From positions 198,898,001 to 198,962,000 of the forward strand of contig NC_086100.1 of assembly GCF_963921235.1 (NCBI RefSeq): 64,000 bases of DNA, read 5' to 3'. The first letter of the stretch is position 1, and every line of letters starts with the position of its first letter. A program made the translations under genes and the position numbers. Below, piece by piece: positions 39,201-51,200 of this stretch. Under the pieces are notes generated by a model. The model was not told the DNA's origin. It saw only the letters and a program-made list of their open reading frames with translations, and searched no databases. This stretch comes from Mobula hypostoma (lineage: Eukaryota).

Positions 39201-42200
39201 TCAGACACAGAGTGAAGCTCCCTCCACACTGTCCCATCACACACTCCCAGGGTCAGACACAGAGTGAAGCTCCCTCTACACTCTCCCATCACACACACCC
39301 AGGGTCAGACACAGAGTGAAGCTCCCTCCACACTGTCCCATCACACACTCCCAGGGTCAGACACAGGGTGAGTGTCCCTCCACACTGTCCCATCACACAC
39401 TCCCGGGGTCAGACACAGAGTGAAGCTCCCTCTATACTGTCCCATCAGACACAGAGTGAAGCTCCCTCCACACTGTCCCATCACACACTCCCAGGGTCAG
39501 ACACAGAGTGAAGCTCCCTCTACACTGTCCCATCAGACACAGAGTGAAGCTCCCTCTACACTGTCCCATCACACACTCCCGGGGTCAGATATAGAGTGAA
39601 GCTCCCTCTACACTGTCCCATCACACACTCCCAGGGTCAGACACAGAGTGAAGCTCCCTCTACACTGTCCCATCAGACACAGAGTGAAGCTCCCTCTACA
39701 CTGTCCCATCACACACTCCCGGGGTCAGACACAGAGTGAAGCTCCCTCTACACTCTCCCATCACACACACCCAGGGTCAGACACAGAGTGAAGCTCCCTC
39801 CACACTGTCCCATCACACACTCCCAGGGTCAGACACAGGGTGAGTGTCCCTCCACACTGTCCCATCACACACTCCCGGGGTCAGACACAGAGTGAAGCTC
39901 CCTCTATACTGTCCCATCAGACACAGAGTGAAGCTCCCTCCACACTGTCCCATCACACACTCCCAGGGTCAGACACAGAGTGAAGCTCCCTCTACACTGT
40001 CCCATCAGACACAGAGTGAAGCTCCCTCTACACTGTCCCATCACACACTCCCGGGGTCAGATATAGAGTGAAGCTCCCTCCACACTGTCCCATCACACAC
40101 TCCCGGGGTCAGACACAGAGTGAAGCTCCCTCCACACCGTCTCATCACACACTCCCAGGGTCAGACACAGGGTGAAGCTCCCTCCACACTGTCCCATCAC
40201 ACACTCCCGGGGTCAGACACAGGGTGAAGCTCCCTCCACACTGTCCCATCACACACTCCCGGGGTCAGACACAGAGTGAAGCTCCCTCCACACCGTCTCA
40301 TCACACACTCCCGGTGTCAGACACAGAGTGAAGCTCCCTCTACACTGTCCCATCAGATATAGAGTGAAGCTCCCTCTACACTGTCCCATCACACACTCCC
40401 GGGGTCAGACACAGAGTGAAGCTCCCTCTACACTGTCCCATCACACACTCCCGGGGTCAGACATAGAGTGAAGCTCCCTCTCCACTGTCCCATCACACAC
40501 TCCCGGGGTCAGACACAGAGTGAAGCTCCCTCTACACTGTCCCATCACACACTCCCAGGGTCAGACACAGGGTGAAGCTCCCTCTACACTGTCCCATCAC
40601 ACACTCCCGGGGTCAGACATAGAGTGAAGCTCCCTCTCCACTGTCCCATCACACACTCCCGGGGTCAGACACAGAGTGAAGCTCCCTCTACACTGTCCCA
40701 TCACACACTCCCGGGGTCAGACACAGAGTGAAGCTCCCTCTACACTGTCCCATCACACACTCCCGGGGTCAGACACAGAGTGAAACTCTCTCTACACCGT
40801 CCCATCACACCCTCCTGGGGTCAGACACAGAGTGAAGCTCCCTCTACACTGTCCCATCACACACTCCCGGGGTCAGACACAGAGTGAAACTCCCTCTACA
40901 CTGTCCCATCACACACTCTCAGGGTCAGACACAGAGTGAAGGTCCCTCTACACCATCCCATCACACACACCTGGGGTCAGACACAGAGTGAAGCTCCCTC
41001 TACACTGTCCCATCACACACTCCCGGGGTCAGACACAGAGTGAAACTCTCTCTACACCGTCCCATCACACCCTCCTGGGGTCAGACACAGAGTGAAGCTC
41101 CCTCTACACTGTCCCATCACACAGTCCCGGGGTCAGACACAGAGTGAAGCTCCCTCTACACTGTCCCATCACACACTCCCAGGGTCAGACACAGGGTGAA
41201 GCTCCCTCTACACTGTCCCATCACACACTCCCAGGGTCAGACACAGGGTGAAGCTCCCTCTACACTGTCCCATCACACACTCCCGGGGTCAGATATAGAG
41301 TGAAGCTCCCTCCACACTGTCCCATCACACAGTCCCGGGGTCAGACACAGAGTGAAGCTCCCTCTACACTGTCCCATCACACACTCCCAGGGTCAGACAC
41401 AGGGTGAAGCTCCCTCTACACTGTCCCATCACACACTCCCAGGGTCAGACACAGGGTGAAGCTCCCTCTACACTGTCCCATCACACACTCCCGGGGTCAG
41501 ATATAGAGTGAAGCTCCCTCCACACTGTCCCATCACACACTCCCGGGGTCAGACACAGGGTGAAGCTCCCTCTACACTGTCCAGCAGTCCAAAGAGTCAC
41601 CAGATTCACCCCGATCTTGGGGCCGATACCCCTCCCTAACCCACACTCTTGCCTCTCCCTCCACTTTCCCCTCCTCCTTTCCCCCAAACCCTCAGTCTCT
41701 CCCCTCACCCCTTCCCTCCTAAACTCTGAGCACCCTTTCCTTACCCCCACCTCACCACTGCCCTTACCCCACCCTGATATTATCAACCCACTCTCACTCA
41801 TCCCCTCCCCTACTGACTGCCTCTGTCTGTCCCCACTACTTCATCCCTCTCCCGTTCTCATCCCTTTCCCTCACACCCACTCATTGCCCTACCTCTCTCC
41901 TCGTCCTTACACACTCCACCCGTTCCCCTCCTCGCTACCTCCCTCTCACGCCTACACTCGTTGGCACCCTCCACAACCTCATCTACGGTCCCCACCCATA
42001 TTCCACCCTCTTCCCCATTCCTCAGCCCCTATCCCACCTGTCTCAGCCCCTCCCTCTCTCTTCCCCATTAGCCTCTCCACACCTGGCCTCTCTCCCACCC
42101 TGCACCTCCCAATCATTCCCTCCTCCCTAGCCCCCTCTCCGAACACAGACTCTGACCATTTTCTCGAGGCCCATGTACGGCACGTTACAGCGCACGGCTG

Positions 42201-45200
42201 CGTCCTCGCTGTGTTTGCAGTTGTCCTGGCTGATGTTCTTGGCCGGACAGTCCCAGATGGACTTCTCGAAGCCGGTGCACTTCACCTCATTCAAGTAGAT
42301 AGGACCCATCCCTGGAGCACAGTGGAGGAAAGGAGAGGGAGTTGTGGGTGAGCTCATGTTTCACACCCCTGCCCTGGAGCCACATCCCTGACCAGGATGT
42401 CCTGAGGCCGGTCCCTGGTCCCCTGCTGAGAGACAGATCAGAGGGTCTTGGCCCCTAACATCAACTGTTTTTTCTCCTCCATAGATGCTACCTGACTTTC
42501 TGAGTTCCTCCAGCATTTTGTGTGTGTGTTATGCCGATCCTTTGTGTTCAGGGAATAGAGATTAGCTCCATTTGTCATGGGTACCTTCCCACATTCCCAA
42601 CTCACAGTGGGCAATAGGTCGACTGGTCACAGTCAGGGGGAATCTTTCATTGGACAGTGGCGCAGACGTAGTTCCCGCACAGGTCCGGAGCAGAACTTGG
42701 AAAACCCAGTCTCCATTAAAGAGAGGTACTGTCTAGCGGAGTGGTGATCATCGGAGTGCTCAGAGTCGGAGTGGTCATCGGAGTAGTCAGAGTTGGAGTG
42801 GTCAGAGTCAGAGTGGTCATCATCGTGGCCTGAGTCAGAGCGGTCATTATCAGAGTGGTCTGAGTCAGAGTGGTCATCATCGGAGTGGTCAGAGTCGGAG
42901 TGGTGATCATCAGAGTGGTCATCATCGGAGCGGACTGGTAAGGCCTTCACTCAGCAGGCTTTGGCGAGAACAGGCGGAGGCAAGGCAAGTAGGTAAGTTT
43001 ATTTCTTATTTCTTTTTCCTCATTTACCTCTTGAAAGAATAGGGGGTATGTCTGCAGGGCCCGTGTTCCATTCTACGTGTCAGATGTGGGATTTCCAGGA
43101 GACTCCCAGCCTCCTCGATGGCCATGTCTGCACCAGGTGCATCCAGATGCAGAGACAGAGTTAGGGAACTGGAGCTGCAGCTCGATGATCTTCGGCTTGT
43201 TAGGGCAAGTGAGGCAGTGACAGACAGGAGCTACAGGGAGGTAGTCACCCCAAGGCTACAGGAGACAGATAAATGTGTGACTGTCAGGAGAGGGAAGGGA
43301 GAACGTCAGATAGTGGAGAGCACCCCTGTGGCCGTCCCCCTCAACAATAAGTACTCCATTTTGAGTACTGTTTGTGGGGGGTTACCTACCTGGAGGAAGC
43401 AACAGCAGCCGTGCCTCTGGCACTGAGTCTGGCCCTGTGGTTCAGAAGGGTAGGGAACTGAAGTGGATGGCAGCAGTAATGGGGGACTCTATAGTCAGGG
43501 TTGAAGATAGGCAATTCTGTGGATGAGAAAAAGAAACACAAAAGGCAATTTGCCTCCCAGTTGCCAGGGTTCGTGATGTTTCTGAGCATGTCCACAATAT
43601 CCTGAAAAGGGAGGGTGAGCAGCTAGAAGTTGTGGTACAACGATGTAGGTAGAAAAGGGGAGAAGGTCCTGAAAAGAGAATACAGGGAGTTAGGAAGGAA
43701 GGTGAAGCACGATCTCAACAGTAGTAATCTCACTGCCTGTGCCACGTGACAGTGAGGATAGGAACAGAATGAGGTGGCAGATTTATGCATGGCTGAGAAT
43801 TGCAGCAGGGGGCAGGGATTCAGATTTCTGGATAATTGGGACCTCTTCTGGGGCAGGTGTGACCTGTACAAAAGGGATGGGTTGCACTTGTATAGAGCTG
43901 TTGACAGTGGTTTAAACTAATCTGGCAGGGGGATGGGAACCAGTATGATAGAGCTGAGGATGAGCCAACAGGTTTACAAGTAGATGATGAGTGTAACATG
44001 AATGTAAGGAAGGACAGGTCAATAATTGGGTACAAATGCAGACAGAGCAAAGAGTTAAATTATACCACAAAGGCAAAATTCAAAAAAGGTGAAGAATGCA
44101 GAACTGAAGATGCTGTATTTAAATGTGCATAGCATTCAGAATAAGGTGGACGAACTCAGGGCACAATTAGAGATTGGTCGGTATGATGTTGTGGGCATCA
44201 CTGAGTCATGGCAGAGAGAAGGTCATAGCTGGGAGCTTAACATCAAAGAATGTACTTTGTATCAAAAGGACAGGCAGGAAGGCATAGGCGGTGGTGTGGT
44301 TCTGTTGATAGGAGATGGAATTACATCTTTAGAAAGAGATGACATGGGGTCAGAAAATGTTGAATCTTTGTGGGTGGAGTTAAGAAACTGCGAGGATAAA
44401 ATAAAACATTATGGGGATCAAATATTGGCCTCCAAATAGTAGCCAAGATGTGGGATTCAGATTGCAAAAGGAGCTGGAAATGGCATGAAATAAAGTAATG
44501 ACACAATTGTGATGGGGATTTCAATATGCAAGGGGATTGGGAAATCTCATCCATATAATGGATTCTGAGGTTTCAAGGTACTTGGAGACTAATGACAAAA
44601 TAATTCAAAGTCAGCATTGATTGTGTAAAGGGAAATCTTCCCTGACAAATCTGTTAGAGTTCTTTGAGGAAGTAACAAGCAGGGTGGACAAAGGAGAGGC
44701 AGTGGATGTCATTTACTTAGGATTTCAGAAAGCTTTTGATGAGGTGTCACACATGAGGCTGCTTAACGTGATGAAATCCTATGTCGTTACAGAAAGGATA
44801 CCGGCATGGATACTGGAACGGCTGACAGGCAGGAGGAAGCAAGTGGGAATAAAGGGGCCTTTTCTGGTTGGCTGCCAGTGACTAGTGGTGTTCCTCAGGG
44901 GTCAGTATTGGGACCTCTACTTTTCACATTGTTTGTCAATGATTTGGATAATGGAATTGATGGCTTTGTGGCAAAGTTTGCAGATGATACAAAGATAGGT
45001 GGAGGGGTAGGTCGTGCTGAGGAAGCAATGTGATTGCGGCAGAACTTAGACAAATTGGAAGAATGGGCAAAAATGTGGCAAATGGAATACAGTGCTGGAA
45101 AATGTATGATAATTCATTTTGGTAAAAGGAACAATAGTGCAGACTATTATCTAAATGGGGAGAAAATTCACACATCAGAGGTGTAAGGGGGATTTGGACT

Positions 45201-48200
45201 CCTCGTGCAAGACCTCCAGAAGGTTAATTTACAGGTTGAGTCTGTGGTAAAGAAGGCAAATGCAATGTTGGCATTTATTTCAGAGGGAATAGAACATAAA
45301 AGTAAGGAGAAAATGCTGAGACTTTATAAGAAGCTAGTCAGGCCGGACTTGGAGCATTGTCAACAAGTTTGGGCCCCATGTCATAGGAGAGAGTCCAGAG
45401 GAGGTTCATGAGGATGATTTTGGGAATGAAGAGTTAACATATGAGGAGTGTTTGGCAGCTTTGGGCCTGTACTCACTGGAATTTGGACAAATTCGGGCGG
45501 ATCTTGCTGAAACCTATTGCACTTTGAAAGGACTAAATAAGGTGGATGTGGAGAGGATGTTTCCTCTGGTCCAGGGTATCCAGAACTAGAGGGCACAGCC
45601 TCAAATTTGATGGGCAAACTTTTAGATCAGAGGTAAGGAGGAATTTTTTTTAGCCAGAGAGTGGTGAATCTGTGGAATGCTCTGCCACAGACAGTTGCGT
45701 AGGCCAAGACTGTGGGTATATTTAAGGCGAAAATTGATAGTTTCCTGATCGGTCAGGGCATCAAAGGATACGGCGAGAAGGCAGATGTATGGGGTTGGGT
45801 GGGATCTGGGATCGGCCATGATGGAATGGTGGAGAGGACTCGACGGGCTGAATGGCCTAATTCTGCTCCTGTGTCTTTTTGTGTTATGATATCATTGGAA
45901 GTACAGAGACTCTTGCTACATGCATGTTGGTAGGTTAATTGGTCACAAGGGGTGTAACTGGAATGGGAGGGTTACCGGGCCGGAAGGCTCTGTTACTGTT
46001 CTGTATCTCTAAAGAGAAGTAAATTTTAAAATACAGTGAAATATGTTGTTTTCATCAACAACAAACACCAATAGAATTCAAAGGTCAACTGAAGGGGTAG
46101 CCAATCAGAATCGAGGCAAGCGAACAAGGGCCTACATAAACGCGAGCTCTCCCAAAGAGAAACTACACACTGAGGATGTCACCTCAGTGTGATGAAACTT
46201 CTGCAAGCTATTTGCCAAGCTCGGCGAGCACTGTACCATCTGAAATATCTCATATTTATGTAGATTGAATGGCATTTGCCAGTCCTCAGCCCACGTATCC
46301 CCAGTAATTTTTCATCGGAGCAGAATTAGGTCATTGTGCCCATCCGCCATTTGATCATGGCGATCAGAAGAGGGCCACGCTTCTAAAAATTCGTGTTTGC
46401 CTGGGCCAGAACCTCCACAGTGACCCAATTAAAGTGGCGTCCTTCTTGGTCTTTGTGTACCCAGATCAGTGACAGTGAATCATGTCTCTGTACCACCAGT
46501 TTGAGTTTCTGTAAACAAATTTGGCCGATGTAGTTCTTGTTGCAGTCTCCACAGGTGATCCTGCTCATCACACTGCTGTTGTTGGTTGTCTTTACTGTTA
46601 CCCTGGCTCCCGAGACAAGCTTCCTCAACGTCGCCGTTGGTTTGTGAGTGATTGTAATGCCGTGAGGTTCGAGCAGTCCAGCTGTCATTTCAGAGACATT
46701 CTTGAAGTAGGGCAAGGTCGTGCCTTGAGTAAGGTCTGAGCAACTCTCTCCTTAGTAAGCGTCTCCTCATGAAATTCCATGGGTAACCATTGTTGTGAAA
46801 CAACTGGGACAAGTGCTTCACTCCCCTGGTCCGTGGTCCAGTGATCCTGAGGTGTGCTTGTGCTCTCCTAAATACAGGTGCTGGAAAGTTTGTGAACCTT
46901 GTAGAACTTTCTCTATATCTACATAAATATGACCTAAAATGTGATCAGATCTTCATGCAAGTCCTAAACTAAATAAAGAGAACCCAATTAAATAAATAAC
47001 ACAAAAACTTATTCACTTATTTATTAAGAAAACTGATCCAATATTACATGTATTTGTTGGAAAAACTATGTGAACCTCTGGGGTAATGCCTTCTACAAAA
47101 GCGATTCGGAGTCAGGTGTTCCAATCAATGAGATGAGATTGGAGGTGTGGGTTGTAGAGGTGCCCTGCCCTATAAAAAAGATGCACAAAGTCAGAGCCTG
47201 CTCTTCCCAAGAAAGATCTGTTTATGTGCACCGTGCCTCAAAGCAACGTCCAGTGGACCTTAGAGAAAGAATTGTAGAGATGCATGAAGCTGGAAAAGGC
47301 TGCAAAAGCATTTTTAAAGACCCGAGTGTTCATTAGTCCACAGTAAGAGAAGTTATCTACAAATGGAGGAAACTCAGTACTGTTACCCCTCTCCCTAGCA
47401 GTGGGCATCCTGCGAAGATCGCACCAAGAGCACAACGAGCAATGCTGAAGGAGGTGAGAAAAGAACACAAGGGAAACAGCCAAAGATCTGCAAAAATCTC
47501 TCGAACTTTGAGTCTCTGCTGATGTATCCACTGTGACAAGAATACACATAGATTACGATGTAGCTGTCCTGTGCTGGCACCAGTGGGATCAGCAGTTGGT
47601 CTGCCACCTGTCTTCAGGAGAGAGAGAGATAAGGAAAACAATGGAGCAGCATTTGGAGATGTTAATGAAGGAAGGAGAGCTGTCAAGATCGGCTCCCCCT
47701 TTGAACCCTGAACTGTTTGAAGTGATGGACAGGCGATACCCCAGCAGGGGGATAAAAAGGGACAGGTTTGCTAAGGTAGGACACACACGACACCCGAGGT
47801 AACAAGACCCTGGAAGCGGTGCGTCTCTCACAAGTCGGTGGCAAGTACCGGGCCATAGACGCACAGGGTGGAAAGATACGATTGGCGGGAACCTGGTGTG
47901 TGTCCACCCTTGCCTGGGTTCCGGGTTCACCGCAGGGAAACGATCATATCTGGAAACGGAGGGGTCACAGTCGGTGACCTCAGATGACATCACAAAGGGC
48001 TCGCCCGAAAGCTGACTGCGAAGGTCTGTGTGTGGAATCCCTGAATATTCATTCGTTTTGCTCTCTCTCTCCTTCCCCCCACTGTCCATCGCCACGGCAG
48101 CGATTACTGCGAACTGAACTGAACTTTGCGTCACTTTGAAACTGGTCATTTACCCCTAGACAACGATAGAGCTTGATTGATCCTGTTATCTTAATTCTGT

Positions 48201-51200
48201 GTACATGTGTGTTTATCATTGCTGAACTGTTGCATTCATTGTCCTTTTGATTAGAGTACTGTGTTGCTTGTTTCTTTAATAAAACTTTCTTAGTTCTAGT
48301 AATCCAGATTCCAACTGAGTGATCCATTTCTGCTGGTTTGGCAACCCAGTTACGGGGTACGTAACACCACTATAAGAAAAACAATGAACAAGAATCGTGT
48401 TCATGGAAGGATACCACAGAGGAACCCATGGCTTTCCAAAAAAAAAATTGCTGCTCATCTACATTGCTTGTAAAAGACCACTTGGATGTTCCACAATGCT
48501 TCTGGGACAATGTTCTATGGACAGACGAGACAAAAGTTGAACTTTTTGGCAGAAATGCACATTGCTATGTTTGGAAGAAAAAGGGCACTGCACACCAGCA
48601 CCAACACCTCATTCCAACTGCGAAGCATGGTGGAAGGAGCATCATGGATTGGGGCTGCTTTCTGCCTCAGAGCCTGGACAGCTTGCAACCATTGAGGGAA
48701 AAATGAATTCAAAATTGTATCAAGATATTTTACAGGAAAATGTCAGGGTAGCAGTCCACCACCTGAAGCTTAATAGAAGTTGGATAAAGCAACATGATAA
48801 AGATCAGAAGCTCAAGAGTAAATCACGACAGAATGGTTTAAAAAGAAGAAAATTTGTGTTTTGGAATGGCCAATTCAAAGTCTTGATCTTAATCCTTTAG
48901 AAATGTTGTGCAAGGACGTGAAGCAGGCAGTTCATGCAAAGAAGCCCTTCGTCATCGCAGGGTTGAAGCAGTTTTGTAAGGAGGAATGGCCTGATATTCC
49001 TCCAAGCTGATGTGCAGGACTGATCAACAGTTACCGGATACGTTTGGCTGAAGTTATTGCTGTACAAGGGGGTCACACCAGTTACTGAAAGCAAAGGTTT
49101 ACATACTTTTTCCAACAAATACGTGTAATATTGAATCTTTTTTTTTCCAATAGATAACCGAAAAAGTATAATTTTTTGTGCTATTTATTTAATTGGGATT
49201 TATTTATCTAGCTTTAGGACTTGCATGACAATCTGATCACATTATACTTGTTCATTTATGCAGCAATAGAGACAGTTCTACAGGGCTCACAAACTTTCTA
49301 GCGCAAATGCAGCTTTACTTGTGACAGGCTGGGTGGCTGCTGTGGTAGTTCCACACTTCATCCGTGTGCGTAGCCTTGCAGCAGACACCGTCCCTGTGCT
49401 CCGTTGCAAAACGAGGCATTCCGTTCTGGGCGATCAAGCCAGGGTAGGAATTGTCTAGTGAAAGGTGGAGATCTGGGGATTGTTGTGGCACAGAGGGGCC
49501 GAGGAGTGCAAGTGCACTTTGTGGAAAGTGAAGTCACAGAGATAAACTGGTGAAGGAGGTGTTGGACACACTGACCGACATCAGTTGTAGTTATATGTGG
49601 CATTGCCGAGACTTCTCTTGTAGTCTTGAAAGCATTGTGAACAGTTTTGAACACTTCGTTATCGGGAAAATGTTGCTAAACAGAAAGAGTGCAGAAAAGA
49701 TTTGCCAGGACATTGCCTGGACCAGGGGCCTGAGGCTGTACAGACGACAACTATGAGAGGTGACCTGTTAGATCACGAGGGGCAGAAACAGGATGATGTG
49801 AAAGCGCATCATCGTTCCCGGGGGGAGGGGGGTTAAAACAAGAGGACACATGTTTCGATCAGAGGGGAGAGATTTAAACGGACATCAGCAGCAGCTCATT
49901 CACACAAAGGGTGGCGTGTATTTGGAATGAGCTGTCAAATATAGTGATTGAGGTGTGAGCTCATCGGCGACATTTTAAAACCATCTAGATGAATACACGA
50001 GTCGCCCACCCCGACACACCATACTCCTCCCTCCCCACCCCCCTCGCTCTGCCAGCCCATCCCCACCCTCAACCCTCCCAAACTCCCTACCTGCACTCCA
50101 TCCTCTCACCTTGGCCCATGCGGGCGCCAGTGAGCGCCTCCTGCGCACTGCCGAACCCGAGCTGTCGACAAACGACGCTGGCGGACAGCAAGTCCCAGCG
50201 GTCGTCACACACGGTGCCCCACTCTCCGGCGATCAGCACCTCTATGCGGCCCTCACCGGCCCGCGCCCCCGCCTTCAGCCGCACCGACCGCTGCCGCACG
50301 CAATGGCGTCAGTCCAAGGCATGGAGGGGGTGGGGTGGGGGGGGAGAAAGAGAGGGAGGAGAAGAAGGAAATTTGGGGAAAAGGTAGGGGGCGGGTGGGA
50401 GAGAGGGAGAGAGATGAAACGTTGCCCAACCCTCTGCATCCAAATCAACACACCCAACACTATGGCTCCATCACAATCCCCCTCTCACCATCCCTTCCCC
50501 TCCACACCCCCTGCCCCCTCCAGAAACACCCCTCTCAGCCCCTCTGCCTCTCCCTCCCCTCTCCTGTCCACCACTCTGCCCCTCTGTCCCCACCTCCCTC
50601 CCTCTCCTAATCCTGTCCAACTCCAGCCCTGCTCCACTCCACTCACCCCTGCCCTCCCCCACTCCCTCCCCATCCACTCTACCCGCGCCCTAATCCTGCC
50701 CACCCCTGCCCTCCCCCACTCTCTCCCCATCCACTCTGCCCGCGCCCTAATCCTGCCCACCCCTGCCCCACCCCTACCCCTGCCCTCCCCCACTCCCTCC
50801 CCATCCACTCTGCCCGCGCCCTAATCCTGCCCACCCCTGCCCCACCCCTACCCCTGCCCTCCCCACTCCCTCCCCATCCACTCTACCCGCGCCCTAATCC
50901 TGCCCACCCCTGCCCTCCCCCACTCTCTCCCCATCCACTCTGCCCGCGCCCTAATCCTGCCCACCCCTGCCCCACCCCTACCCCTGCCCTCCCCCACTCT
51001 CTCCCCATCCACTCTGCCCGCGCCCTAATCCTGCCCACCCCTCCCCCACTCCCTGCCCATCCACTCTGCCCGCGCCCTAATCCTGCCCACCCCTGCCCCA
51101 CCCCTACCCCTGCCCTCCCCCACTCTCTCCCCATCCACTCTGCCCGCGCCCTAATCCTGCCCACCCCTGCCCCACTCCCTGCCCATCCACTCTGCCCGTG

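Larger units (their letters stand above)
46060..49660 (-). mobile_element. Degenerate Penelope-like element of a second subfamily, interrupted by a Tc1 element
   Basis: 46383-46870 gives [31 protein letters not shown]...[13 protein letters not shown]. The upstream part resumes at about 49311-49660 with a [16 protein letters not shown] motif. Confidence 0.7.

Noticed and set aside
42633..42950. His/Asp/Ser-rich ORF resembling an acidic biomineralisation or metal-binding protein
   Set aside because: It is the antisense translation of ~15-bp tandem units in a CR1 5' region, with no signal peptide or exon support.
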